A stretch of DNA of 64,000 nucleotides from the human T2T-CHM13v2.0 reference genome, Homo sapiens. Shown in pieces: positions 17,320 to 31,874 of the stretch; within the stretch, counting starts at the first letter, position 1; every line of letters starts with the position of its first letter. The notes under the pieces were generated by a model. That model saw only the letters and a program-made list of their open reading frames with translations, ran no database searches and was not told the DNA's origin. The DNA lies in assembly GCF_009914755.1 (NCBI RefSeq), contig NC_060947.1; one strand, given 5' to 3'. The translations under genes were made by a program, and so were the position numbers.

Positions 17320-18480
17320 TCAGTCCATCCAGAAGCCATAACAATTTTAAATTGTATGTACCAAACAGAGCCTAAAAATACATAAAGCAATAACTGATAG
17401 AGATGAAGTGAAAAATAGACAAACTCCCAACTATAGCTAGGGACTATAACACTCCCTCTCAGTGACTGATAAAACTACTAGACAGAAATTGGCAAAGATA
17501 TAGAAGAGGCGAGCAATTCAACCAATAGGATCTAACTGACATATATGAAACACACCGCTGCACCACCCACTAGTAGAATATTTTTTCCCCCAAATGCTCA
17601 AGGGGCATTCACCAAGATAGACCATATGTATGGCCATAAAACAAATTTAAAAGAATGAAAGTCATACAGAGTGTTGCTCTCCAACCATAATGGAATGAAA
17701 CTTAAATAAAACATGGATGTCTCTAAATATGTAGAAAATAAACATACTTCTAAATAAACCATGGATAAAATATGAAGTTAAGGCAAATAAAAATACACAG
17801 AAGTTAATGAAAATGAAAATGCAATATATTAAATTGTAGGTGATGCAGCTCAAGCAATGCTAAGGGAGATTTATAGCACTATAGGTTTATATTAGACATG
17901 AGAAAAGGTCTTAAAACAGTACAACTTGTTACCTCAAGAAACTGGAAAAAGATAAAGTAAACCCAAAGCAAGCAGAAGGAATAAAACATCAGCAGAAATC
18001 AATGAAATTAAAAACTAGAAAACAATAGAGAAAAAAACAAGTGAAACAAAAATCTGGCTCTTCGAAAAAAGTCAATAGAATTGATAAACTTCTAACAAGA
18101 CTGATAAATAGAGAAAAGATACAATCACCAGTATCAGGAATAAAATAAGAGACATCAATATTAATTTTGCAGCTATCAAAAAGATAACAAGCAAATACTA
18201 CAAATAACTTTTTGTTCATGAATTTGTCAACTTAGAAGAAATGGATCGATTTTTCAAAAGCTACTAAAACTCCATCAAGAGGAAATAGATAATATGAGTA
18301 GCTGTGTGACGATTAAAGAAATCAAATTTATAATTTAAGAGCTTATAAAGAAGAAATCTCCAGGACCAAATGGTTTGCTGGGGAATTCAACCAATAATTT
18401 AAAGAAGAATTAACACCAGTATTTCACAATCTCCTCCATTTTATGAGGCCAGTTATTACCTGATACAAAACCAGAAAAAT
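17320..18480 (+). mobile_element. Degenerate L1M ORF2 5' (endonuclease) region
   Basis: A-rich L1 ORF2 motifs (cattcaccaagatagaccata, gaattgataaacttcta, ccaggaccaaatggttt). Confidence 0.75.
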
Positions 18481-18527
18481 GCATGTTCTGCATTTATGGT
18501 CATTATGCTTCCCATGTTAAGTGAAAC

Positions 18528-18973
18528 CGTTCGTTTCCTAAGGCTGCTGAAAAAAAAAAAAAGCACCACAAACTGGGTGGCTTTCAACAGAAATTTATTC
18601 TCTCACAGCTCTGGAGGCTAGAAGTCTGAAATAGAGATGTCAGCAGGATCATGCTGTCTCTGAAGGTTCTAGGGGAGAATCTGTTCCATGTGTTTTGTTG
18701 TCTTCTGATGTTAGCTGCAATCCTTGCTGATACTTGGTTTGTAGACCCATCACTCTGATCTCTCTTGTTATCACTTGGCATTCTCCTTTGTGTGTGTGTT
18801 TTCCTTCTCTCATAAGAACAGTCATTGGATTAGGACTCACCCTAATCCAGTGAGGTCTCATTTTAACTTGATTACATTTTCAAAGACCCTATTTCCAACT
18901 ATATTCAATTCATGGGTGCCAGGAGTTAGGATTTCAACATACTTTTCTGGGGGACATAATTCAACCCACAGCA
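18528..18973 (-). mobile_element. MLT1 (B/C-like) MaLR LTR
   Basis: caccacaaactgggtggct...tttattctctcacagctctggaggctagaagtctga...aattcaacccacagca. Confidence 0.8.
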
Positions 18974-20409
18974 CCATCTGAATAAGTAGAACAACATTTG
19001 AAGAAATGCTTTGTTTAATGTGATTTCATTAATTAAAAAAAGAGGCACAGATAGTTGATGCCAAATTTAAAGATTTACTTTTAACAGAAATCACATCTAT
19101 GTAACCATGATAAACAATCAACATCCTCCAAAATGCAATTACAAATGCAATCCTGTTATCAGGAGCAATGTTACTGCAAGCAAAGGAAATACAAACAGTT
19201 GTCCAATTTCAGTTGCTTTATCTATGGTTTCAATGATTGTTTACAACCATTTACTTGCAATGCCTGAATGTCATCAAAACAAGAGACTGTTCATGAATTC
19301 CTTTCATTCTGAGGTGGTTGAACTGCAGGCATTTACTATCTCACTCCCTCCTTCATAGACTCACACTTTCTCATCTTCACCCACCAAGCAGCAAGTGTAT
19401 CTATCAGTCAAACAGGAAAACAGAAGCCACTTCAAGGATTTGCAACAGGTGAAATTTAACACAATAAATTGTTCACAAATAACAGAGTAAATGAAAGGAA
19501 AAAAAGTGGTGAGGCAACGTAGAAATGAGGAAAAACCGGAACTGACTACAATTCTTATCCTAGAAGGTCAAAGGAAAGAAGCAATTCTCAGAGCCCAGGG
19601 GGAGTTGAAAGAGGCTGGAAACATAGCAGAAGTTGGGTTTCAGGAAGGAATGGAACCATTGCCAAAGCTGTACCTAAGGCTAAGAAGGCGATGGAGAGAG
19701 ATCCTAACTTCTCCCCACCCTCCAATCTGATCTCTGACCCTTGTCTCCTATTGGTCAAATCCAGCCAGAAATCACCTTTGTAGAGGCCAAGGGAACGCAG
19801 CTTTATGAGGAAGGGCAGAGCAAGAAAAGGGCAAGAAGTCTGTTGGGAAATAATGCCCGGGTCCTGCACATCTTACTCCTCTCACCAAACTTTACTCAGG
19901 CAACTCTTCTACCAGTGACACTTTTTGTATTGCCTTTTTATTGGCATGTATGATGTCTAATATTCTACTGCTTATGTGTTTGCTGCTATGTAGAAGGAAG
20001 ATAGCTCATATTTGTTGAACCCTGAAAACAAACATACCCAGCTAATGAATTCATTGTTAAGTAACTAGGAATCACAGTTTAATATGCTATTATACAAAAA
20101 CCTCTTGTGAATTGCTATAGGTGTTTAAGAGTTTGTTTTTGTTGTTTTTTAGTAGAATTTAGAGGAATGGATTAGGATCTGGAAATGGAATGGGAACACA
20201 TTTTTCTTATTTAAAGTAATAGCTCCTGCATTTCCAAAATTCTCTGCCACCAAGTTTTGGGAAACAAATTAAGAGTCAGAAATTAAGAGATGCATGGACT
20301 TGCCTAAATCTGCTAACAAGTTTTTCAAATTGGGTCTGTAGAGTCCTCTTTCTAACTCTTGATTTATATTTTATTTCTTCCAAGATTTTAGAGATAACCT
20401 ATAGCCTAG

Positions 20410-20770
<361 letters not shown>

Positions 20771-20909
20771 TAAAGGATTTTTTGTATCAGATTCATTTAA
20801 AACATCAGTAGGCAAATTAGGTTACCGACCCTATTATGAGTTAGATCATCACTGCCTTGAGACCTAGATCTATTTGAAATTTTTTTAAAAGGTTACAATG
20901 TTTTCTGCT

Positions 20910-20992
20910 GTGAACTCCTGTCCTCAAGCAATTCTCCTGCCTTAGCTTTCCTAGTAGCTAGAACTACAGGCATGTGCCGTCATGCCTCGCTC
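20910..20992 (-). mobile_element. FLAM/Alu monomer fragment
   Basis: gaactcctgtcctcaagcaattctcctgccttagc...actacaggcatgtgcc. Confidence 0.7.
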
Positions 20993-22754
20993 TTGTTACT
21001 GAATTCTTACATTCACATATAACTTCACTTAGGATGGAAGAGTGCTAAAAATAGTAATAATTTTTATTTCCTTTAAATCAAAGTTATACAAATTAAGAGA
21101 AAAATAACGTGTTTGGGTAGGACATTTATTCTCTGAATAATGTCCTTTATCATGTCATATGTTTAAAAACAAAGTTTATGGAAAGAACAGTGATATAAAA
21201 TTTTATATATGGGACAAAGCCAATAGAGTCATCATTCTTCACGAGAATGGTGATCCTGATACTAGGAAGCCAGGAATATTGCAGACATTGCATTCCAATC
21301 ACAGCCTTGCCTCAGTATTCTATGATTTCACAAAAGTGAGACAAGGGGCCAGTGTCAGTAGTCCCCTCTCTGCCAACACAACTGATAATATCAAAGAGAA
21401 TAAACGTAGCAGCAAGAAGGGTTTGGCCTCCAGGCATGTCAAAGAAGTTACAGAAACACACATGGAAGGCCCTGGTTCAAAGCATAGTATCAAACACCTG
21501 AAAGCAACATGTGGCAACTTGCAAGGTAGCTGCTGGTTCACAAATTGGACACCAATACAGCAGTGGGAGAGGAAGGATGAGTACTCAGTGGAGAGACTCT
21601 TCCAAACAAAGGCTAACCGCATCTTCTAGGGATCATTTGGTGGGCTAGTCCTAGGTGGGCTCAGGTGCTCTATTTAAGAATCATAGCACAATTACACAGC
21701 CATTTTCAAACACTGTGACTACAGCGCCACCAATATGACACCTTTCAAGCCCCATACTTGAATTTCTACAGCTGGGTTAAAAGCCATATCCCACACTAAG
21801 AGGGTGTGACATAGTCTTGGCCACAGACTGGGTTCTAGAAGGTGAGTATCTGGAAAATGTGGTCAAACTAACTGCCACAGAACATACTTTAAGAAGTTGA
21901 GTAGGAATATATTAGGGGACAAAAAATGTCAAACCCTAGCTTTCTGCTAATATGTAGTTCCTTGCTCCATAGACCTCAAGTCATTTTCATGTGCTAGGGA
22001 GAAAGATGACTAACACAGTTATCTGCCTCTTAAGAGTTATTACATCTAGTAACAGACTCTATTATATTGTATTTTAATGTTGGAATATGAAGTATTTACC
22101 AAGACCTGTGGCAATACAAAACAAATGTGTGACGGTACTGCATGAAGTAGAGGGTATTCTGGCACTTGAGGTCTATGCATTCTCTAAACATGACCAAATT
22201 GCTCAATACACTGCCGGGTATTATCTAGTACACCCTTAGGTGTTAAAAAAAAGTCTCACTGGGCTATTCATGCTCAGTAATATGAGCATGAAAATGAGCA
22301 AGGATATGACAGCTCAGGCTGTCATAGGATCCAGAATTTACATCAAAAAAACTAGACATTTAGAACAGTACGTTTCCATATTATATCTCGGGATGTGATG
22401 CAGGTTTTCCCAAGGCCCTGTGGAGCTCTGTCTGAAGCACGAAACTACTTGCAGGGAACAGAAGAAAGCCTTTTGGTGAGGACAAAATATTGCCTAATAG
22501 GTTGAGCAAGCCCAAGACAAATGAACATAGCATGACTCCTGAGAAATGAGGTACCTCAGCTTACAACACTCCAAACTTTGGGATCCTGTTCCTTCTCAGG
22601 TGATAGAAGATTGGCCCATGCTATAAAATCCCAAGTATTCCTTCAGAGTAAGAAGCAACTAACAGTACTTGAGGCTAACAGTGGATATTCAACTTAGGTG
22701 ATTAATTTCCTTAGATCAAGACATCCCAATATTCCAATATAAAAATAAAAAACA

Positions 22755-22895
22755 AAATACCAATGCCAATTTCCTGGTTTTGACATTGTACTAGAGTTAT
22801 GCCAATGCTACTATTAGGAGAAATGGATGAAAAGTACATGGGACTCTCTGTTCTATTTTTGCAACTTCCCAGGAGTCTATGATTACTTAAAAAAT
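22755..22895 (+). mobile_element. Old L1M (MC/ME-like) 3' end remnant
   Basis: aatttcctggttttgacattgtact...gtacatgggactctctg..ctatttttgcaacttc. Confidence 0.6.
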
Positions 22896-23069
22896 GTTTT
22901 TTGAAGTAATAGAGTCAGAGATCTTGCCCAAAGTCATAGACCTTTCAAAAACTTATAATTAGATCCTAGGATAGAATAACTTGTTTGATTAACTAGCCTT
23001 ACGAAACATGCTACCACAGTAGAGATCACCTTGACCCATGAGCTACAGGCCAAAATAAGCGATCTATTA

Positions 23070-23360
23070 CATTAGGGGTTCTTAAGTTGGGGGTCTGTAA
23101 TATCCACGAGGTGTTTCAGCTTGATTTAGAAAGCATTTATCTTTATTTTTAGTAACCTCCAACTTAAATTTAATACTTCCTTTAGCTAATATATTCAAAC
23201 CACAGCACCATTAGCAGAACCTGTGAATTGTGAATTTGTCACAATAGAAATCAGCTATTTTCATTTCACATTACCTTGTTGCAGATTTCAAATTACAACT
23301 TGTGCTTATCATTATTTCAAAACTATGGTAGTAAATAGACTGGCCACCAGATCTTATATG
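23070..23360. mobile_element. Probable hAT-Charlie remnant
   Basis: Begins taggggttcttaa, similar to a hAT TIR; internal sequence Charlie-like; family uncertain. Confidence 0.4.
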
Positions 23361-23434
23361 ACTGCTTTCTTTGTGTCTACAGACAGTAAAACGTAGTCGC
23401 TCAACTCTGCGTCAGTAAGATATTCAGCTACTAA

Positions 23435-23815
<381 letters not shown>

Positions 23816-23871
23816 TAATCTATTCACTAAAGGTGGCAAGTCATTCTCATTAAGTTGTTGCAAAACTAGCA

Positions 23872-23913
23872 CTCAAATGAGAGCTCTTAACTCTCAAATG
23901 AGAGCTCTTAACT
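23872..23913. repeat. 21-bp perfect tandem duplication
   Basis: CTCAAATGAGAGCTCTTAACT x2. Confidence 0.9.
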
Positions 23914-24499
23914 CTCCATAAGGCAGCATGACTTTCATAACAGAGAGTACATAGACTACAAGGGTGGACCAGGCAAGTTCAAACACATCTAACAGTTGCA
24001 GTAACTTCAAATAATACGTTTAACAGTTATTACTAATAGATTAAACAATGATGTAGGTAGGTCATGCACAGGGTAAACATGAATAACAAGTGATTTTTTT
24101 TCTTCTTATACTCTTTTTGCACACTGTTAGGAAATAAAGCTATATACAAGGCACATACAAGGTATTTTATGAGGGGCATTTACGTATTATTCTATGAAAA
24201 CACCCCACATTTAAAATATAACTTTTGAAGGCAAACCAGTCACACTTGTAAACCATTTTCCTAGGAAGGCACAGAAAGCTACATAACTGCAATGCTGGGG
24301 GGAGTGTCTTACCACGATGAAGATGCAAGTTCATTTCTTTGAGGAAGGATAGTTGTCAACACCTGGAAACACCGCAGAACTTTTTCAGAAAGTCATTTTT
24401 CCTTAAAGGCAAAATTCAATCATGGATTCATAATCTTTTTGTAAGTATAAAACTCTGTCAAAGATCTTGGCCTAGCCAAAGATGACCTATTGATTTTAA

Positions 24500-25055
24500 A
24501 AAATAATGGCTCTGAGACACAATTCACATATGAAAAGAATAACCCATTTCTGCTGTACAATTCAGTGGTTTCTTAGTATATTTACAAGGTTGGGCAACCA
24601 TCATCCCTATCTGATTTCCAAACATTCCATCACCCCTAAAAGAACTCCCATACCCATCAGTAGTCATTCCTTTCTCCCAGCCCCTGAAAACCACTAATCT
24701 ATTTTATTTCTATAGATTTATTCTAAACATTTCATAGAAATGGAATAATCCAACACATGGCCTTTTGTGCTTCCTTCACTTAGCATGATGTTTTCAAGGT
24801 TCGTCCCTTTTATCACCAAGTAATATTCCATTGTATAGATATGTCAGATTTTGTTTACCCATTCAGTTGGACATTTGGGTTGTTTCTACCTTTTTTGGCT
24901 ATTAGGAATAATGCTGCTATGAACATTTATTTACAGAGTTTTGTTAGACACATTTTAAATTCTCTTGGTATATATCTAATAATAGAGTTGCTGGGTCATG
25001 TGATAATTCTATATTTAATATTTTAAGGAACTGCCTAACTGTTCTTCATAGCAGT
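24500..25055 (-). mobile_element. L1MB-type 3' end
   Basis: Antisense L1M 3'UTR and ORF2 end (tgtacaattcagtggttt..., aataatgctgctatgaacatt). Confidence 0.8.
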
Positions 25056-25513
25056 GGATTAGATGAAGCCAACCCCACAGATTCTAGGACTTCAGTGAAG
25101 ACAGGGCAGCTCTGCAACTGAGCTGACTCTGAAAAGACTAGCACTGCAGAGAAACCACCAGGTCAGAAATACTGGCCCTATAATCTCAAACAGTAACTGT
25201 TCTGATGCTCCAGTGCCCATGTTGCTTTCATCCTAGACCATTTCATGTCAATCCCACCCACTTGTCCAGCTGTTCTGTTCAGTTATAACTAAATATTGAA
25301 ATGCAGAACTCGAAGTCCATAGGGAACAGAATAGCAACATTCTTCAGGTCCCAGCTTACTAAGGAAGGGGAACGTGGAGCAGACCCATAGCTCTAGTCAT
25401 GAAGTCTGGTAACCCACAGAGAAGCCATGGGATTTTTCATCACAAGACGTGCTCTATGCATATGTATGACTGGGCAATGGCACTGGCTCAATTATTAAGT
25501 CCAGGAAGAAGTA

Positions 25514-26090
25514 TAGTAAGTCTTCTCTTAACATCATAAACTCTTAGAAACTGTGACTTTGTGCAAAACAGCATATAACAAGACCAATTTGACCATAGGC
25601 TAATTGACATAAACAAGAATTAAGTTCCCACAGCATGCCTCTGGTCACAAAAAACATCAAACTTCTAAATAAAGACCAAAACACTTCTAACATTAAACAC
25701 TGAAATAAATGTGAGCCATACATAGAAAGATTAACAAAAACAAGGTAATTATTTACCTGCTTATTCCAGTTTGGAATCAGTTGACCAGAGCCTGTCCTGG
25801 CAGCTGAAGGCACCAGGGAGGAACTCACTGTAGACAGGATGCCATCCCATCACAGGGCACACTCATATACACACCCACTCACACTGAAACCATGTAGACA
25901 CACCAATTCACTTCACATGCACAGCTTTGGGATGTGGAAGGAAACTGAAGTCCCTGGAGAAAACCCATGCGCACATGGGAAGAATGTGCAGGCTCCACAC
26001 AGACAGTGGCCCTGGCTGAGAATCAGTGATTGTCATCAACATTAAAACAAAATAATGTTGAATGAAATGACATTATTTGAGGACCTACTG
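25514..26090. mobile_element. Tigger3-family DNA transposon
   Basis: TIR-like ends (t)agtaagtcttc... and ...gaggacctactg; internal Tigger3-type sequence (ctttgggatgtggaaggaaactg). Confidence 0.75.
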
Positions 26091-26137
26091 CACATGGAGT
26101 GAGGGAGATTGGGACCCAGCCCAATGGCTGCTCAACC

Positions 26138-26194
26138 TCTAAATAAGTAGATTTTAGAATGGCTGCTTCTAAATAAGTAGATTTGAGAATGGCT
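26138..26194. repeat. 30-bp-period tandem duplication
   Basis: TCTAAATAAGTAGATTT(T/G)AGAATGGCT x2. Confidence 0.85.
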
Positions 26195-27672
26195 AAAGTT
26201 CAGCTACCTTCCCCTCTCCACACACATTTGCACCTACCTCCACTGAACAGGAGATGGGGAACTGCAACCAGCTATGTTCATGCTAGCACTTATAGCGGGG
26301 TCATGCCATGCTGCAGGGGTTGCTATACCATGGCACCCAAGGCTCAGAAAGCTTTTGCCCCTGCTGCTAGGAAGCACCTGGCCCAGTAGACATTGACCAG
26401 CAAGGCCCTACATTGTATCTCCCATCCTCATGCTCTCATTTCATCCTTCTGAGAAGTGTGGATGAGTAAACCTGTCTCCAAGCCAACATGATGGGTAATT
26501 CAAGAGAATGAGCATATTTGTGAATCAAACCTTGGTCCAACAGGCCAGCAGCAACCATAAGCCACTTGTTGATGGATAGCCCCTGCTGAGGGGAGGGCAA
26601 TATCCCACATGACCACTCCTGTGTAGCTACCCATGGATAAGCAAAATTTTGTTTTACTTTACTGAGACTTTGGCATTAGGATCCTTCCAGCTATTAACCT
26701 CATCAGCATTACTACAAGATCCACCCATTATTTTCGCAGTTTTGCCACCAGACCTATCTATGTGTCCCACAGTGTCCTGTTCCTCATATTCAGGACTCCA
26801 AGTGCTCTATCTCTACAAATACTTCAAACACAGGGACAAGGGAGTTGCCTCTACACTTTATATAACAGCACAACTAGCCTGGATCCCGGCAGCTATAGCA
26901 AAAGGAGACTCACTTTGGGAAGCCAAACAGATTGAGTTTGTTGACAGTAACTTGCAGCAGGGGCTATTCCAGGGCTTGGCTAATGGAGATTCAATCTCTG
27001 CCACATGACTGAGATCAGAGTGTTGCCCATCCCTTAATTGCTCTTGATCCTTCAAATCTGGAGGTCACAGATCTTCAGTAAATTATACCTCTGTGATAAC
27101 CCCAGCCTTGCCAGCCCTCAGGAAGGACGTTCACCTGTTACTAAAACTGAGGAAAACAATATGGCTTGGGCAATAAATGAATGCCCACCCACAGCAAGGA
27201 CAAAATCCAAGGTTACAGATGCAGTTAGAGCAGTTTACCTGGGCGTTATCTTCCTGAGACTCTGCTCCAAGAGGCTTGTGTAAAATAGCATGTAGGTGTT
27301 TAAGAGGTAGAGGAAGTCACTTGTGGGAAAAAATTGAAAGTCTGAATCAAGGTTTTTTAGAATGACTTAAAGAATGAATAGGAAAAGTAGTTACGTTTTT
27401 TAGTTTGTTTGCAGACATAAGATGAGAAATAACACAGAACAGAGAGAAAACCAAAGGAATTGCCAACAGTAATCTTTAGCTTTTTAGCAGTCACAGGCAT
27501 GGAGCCCTAGCAGTGTGTGGCCAAGGAAAGGCTTTATATCGTGAGTGAAGCTGTCCTTCCAAAGTTTAACTCATTTCGTTACTTAAGATCCTTACCAGGT
27601 TATAGCCAATACTGAGAAGTTTGTTGGAGAATGCCATTTCCCAAATAAACCTACATCAAGATGTATTAGAAC

Positions 27673-27971
<299 letters not shown>

Positions 27972-28547
27972 AGAACTTCTTCCTCATTCATAGCTGGGAG
28001 ATTAAACCAGTTGTGCAGGAGGACAGGCAACTTAGAAAACAACCTGAAACAGCAACATCCAACAGACTCAGGTCTCTTTCCCTGAGAAAGATTCTTAAAC
28101 TGGTGCTTTCTGAATGAATTTTTTTTTTTCTGGAAAACCAACTAACCTATTGACCACCAATCTTAGCTCAACAGGCTAAAACCACCAAGGACAAACCTAT
28201 AGTTCAACAAGGTCAGGTTTATTGACCCATTGCAATAAGGAAGACTGGACAACAGAGGAGTGTTAGAGAGCAGCTCTCCCCAAAGGACAAGGTGGTTATT
28301 TGAGGGTTTGAGAGAAGACAGTATAGGTAAGTAATGGGCTCAAGGAAAAGCAGACCAATGTGTAAGGGAGTCAGCATCAAAACCAGTCTGCAAAGTAGTC
28401 ACAAGCTCCTGTGTCCTTGAAGATTACAAAGTTAAGATAGATGTGGAACACTGTATTCTGTAACCACTTTTCTGCACCTGGGTTAAAATGCCAGGCTGAT
28501 TCTCTCTGTCACAGCAACTCAGAAACTCTAGGCAAGAGTGGGTGATT

Positions 28548-29422
28548 GGTTTTTTGTTCTTGCGATAGTTTACTGAGAATGATGGTTTCCAATTTCATCC
28601 ATGTCCCTACAAAGGACATGAACTCATCATTTTTTATGGCTGCATAGTATTCCATGGTGTATATGTGCCACATTTTCTTAATCCAGTCTATCATTGTTGG
28701 ACATTTGGGTTGGTTCCAAGTCTTTGCTATTGTGAATAGTGCCGCAATAAACATACGTGTGCATGTGTCTTTATAGCAGCATGATTTATAGTCCTTTGGG
28801 TATATACCCAGTAATGGGATGGCTGGGTCAAATGGTATTTCTAGTTCTAGATCCCTGAGGAATTGCCACACTGACTTCCACAATGGTTGAACTAGTTTAC
28901 AGTCCCACCAACAGTGTAAAAGTGTTCCTATTTCTCCACATCCTCTCCAGCACCTGTTGTTTCCTGACTTTTTAATGATTGCCATTCTAACTGGTGTGAG
29001 ATGATATCTCATAGTGGTTTTGATTTGCATTTCTCTGATGGCCAGTGATGATGAGCATTTCTTCATGTGTTTTTTGGCTGCATAAATGTCTTCTTTTGAG
29101 AAGTGTCTGTTCATGTCCTTCGCCCACTTTTTGATGGGGTTGTTTGTTTTTTTCTTGTAAATTTGTTTGAGTACACCGCATATTCTCACTCATAGGTGGG
29201 AATTGAACAATGAGATCACATGGACACAGGAAGGGGAATATCACACTCTGGGGACTGTGGTGGGGTCGGGGGAGGGGGGAGGGATAGCATTGGGAGATAT
29301 ACCTAATGCTAGATGACACGTTAGTGGGTGCAGCGCACCAGCATGGCACATGTATACATATGTAACTAACCTGCACAATGTGCACATGTACCCTAAAACT
29401 TAGAGTATAATAACAAAAAAAA

Positions 29423-29459
<37 letters not shown>

Positions 29460-29578
29460 AAAAGGTCTTTGATGTCATTCCCCCAACACACACATATCCA
29501 AAGAAAAAAGTAAGGGGTCAAATATATAATATCATGTTCAAAATAAATTACTGTTATTATTGTTAAAAAAAAAAAAAA
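28548..29578 (+). mobile_element. L1HS pre-Ta: 5'-truncated, 5'-inverted, with 3' transduction
   Basis: Inverted segment 28548-29172; sense segment 29173-29411 with ACG at 29318-29320 and G at 29403; poly(A); unique 29458-29564 with AATAAA; second poly(A); TSD AAGAGTGGGTGATT at 28534-28547 and 29579-29592. Confidence 0.93.
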
Positions 29579-30479
29579 AAGAGTGGGTGATTTAATGTTA
29601 CTGTTCTAATTTTAAACACTTAAGTTTCTGATAGTCTATGATTTTGGAGAACACATTTCTCAGTAAAAACACAATAGTTAAAGAAGGAGGTGCTTATGAC
29701 ATATACAGCTGCAGTGACCTGAAAACATATTCCTTCCTGATAATGTACAGCTGGCTTTATTTGTATCGGTGATTGTACCAACTTGATGAATAGCAAGGCA
29801 GATTTTTACCTTCTGAATGTAAGCTAATTTTTACTATATCACATTCAAGCAGGGCCTTTCCAGTGCTCCTCATTTGTTTGCCAAATGTTTTTAAAAAAAT
29901 GAAGTATTTGCCAACTCTCATTAGGTCTAAGTTCTAACAGTACTGCAAGCAGGAAAACCTGAGGTCGTTAGTGCTTTGCAAATGAGGAAACCCAGGATAA
30001 AAAGCTTACTTGAGTCCTAACCGTATTGGAAAGGCAAACTCATATGTAAACAAAAGTTACACTAGGGAAAAGTTATAAAGGTAACTGATTGAGCAAGAGT
30101 CTAGAAAAGGGAGGGGTAGTCAGAATAGAACAGAACTAGATGTTCTAGTTATATTACAACAGAAAAACCTTTCCAGTGAAAACAACTGGAGTTAAAATAG
30201 TTAACCCTTTGCTGACAATGAGAAGCCCTTTATTATTGCCTCTTTCTCGGTTTCATTAAACAAAGAAAGCTCCACACTGTTAGATTAATTTTGGCCAAAT
30301 GATTTCAGAGCCAAAGACAAACAACATTTAAAAGTCCCTGACATTGAAATATGATTAAAATGTGAGACCATTTCTAGAGAGGAGTTAGCACACAAAGACT
30401 CCCCGGAACATGAAGGGCAGTGCTGATGTAACTTAGGCTGGTTTTGAGTTAATACCAAAAACTTGCTTGGCTAGAAAAA

Positions 30480-30685
30480 AATAAGCAGTCTCATTTCAAC
30501 TTGGCCACTTACTAACTCTGTATCCTTGAGAAATTGCACATCTAAAGCTTCAGTTATTTAAGCCATAGAGCACAGATCACTCACTGATGAGTGATAATCA
30601 GACCACAGATGCTTAACAACGAAGTGAGAACAAAAATGGGAAAACTGTGAGATATGAAGCACTGTACCATGTAAAATATTATTGC
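30480..30685 (+). mobile_element. MIR remnant
   Basis: ggccacttactaactctgtatccttgagaaattg...gcttcagtt. Confidence 0.55.
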
Positions 30686-31048
30686 TGATGAGCCAAGATT
30701 CTGGTCTATTTGAGGCAAGTGTTAAATCCAAGAAGAAAGCCAGGGAACACCAATTTCAAGATAAGTCCTACTATGACAGAAATAATCCAGTGGTGGACCC
30801 CTAAAATTTCCCTCTTAGCTCTCTGAGTACATAGTAGGAAATCACTTTTAGAAGTTTTTAGGGTGTTTTCTGAAAAATCCTCTTGATTAAGCTCACAGCT
30901 CCAACACTTTAAATTAATTGTACTCAGAAGAGAATTGGCATATGAGGGAACAAAAAACAGAAGCCAACAAGAATGTAAAGCCTTGTGCTATGGTTGCCTC
31001 ATACAGTGATAGTCTCTAAAAAACAAAGTACCTCAAAGAAAATTGTAA

Positions 31049-31411
<363 letters not shown>

Positions 31412-31492
31412 GGGAGAACTGTGTAGTTTAGAACTGAACGGCAAATATCAGAGTTAGATGTAGAAACTTAATCTCATTTAAGAATAAAATAG

Positions 31493-31874
<382 letters not shown>

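Noticed and set aside
26500-27300. Cluster of short ORFs (65-119 aa) in unique-looking DNA
   Set aside because: No recognisable protein or retroviral motif; may be unrecognised ancient repeat.
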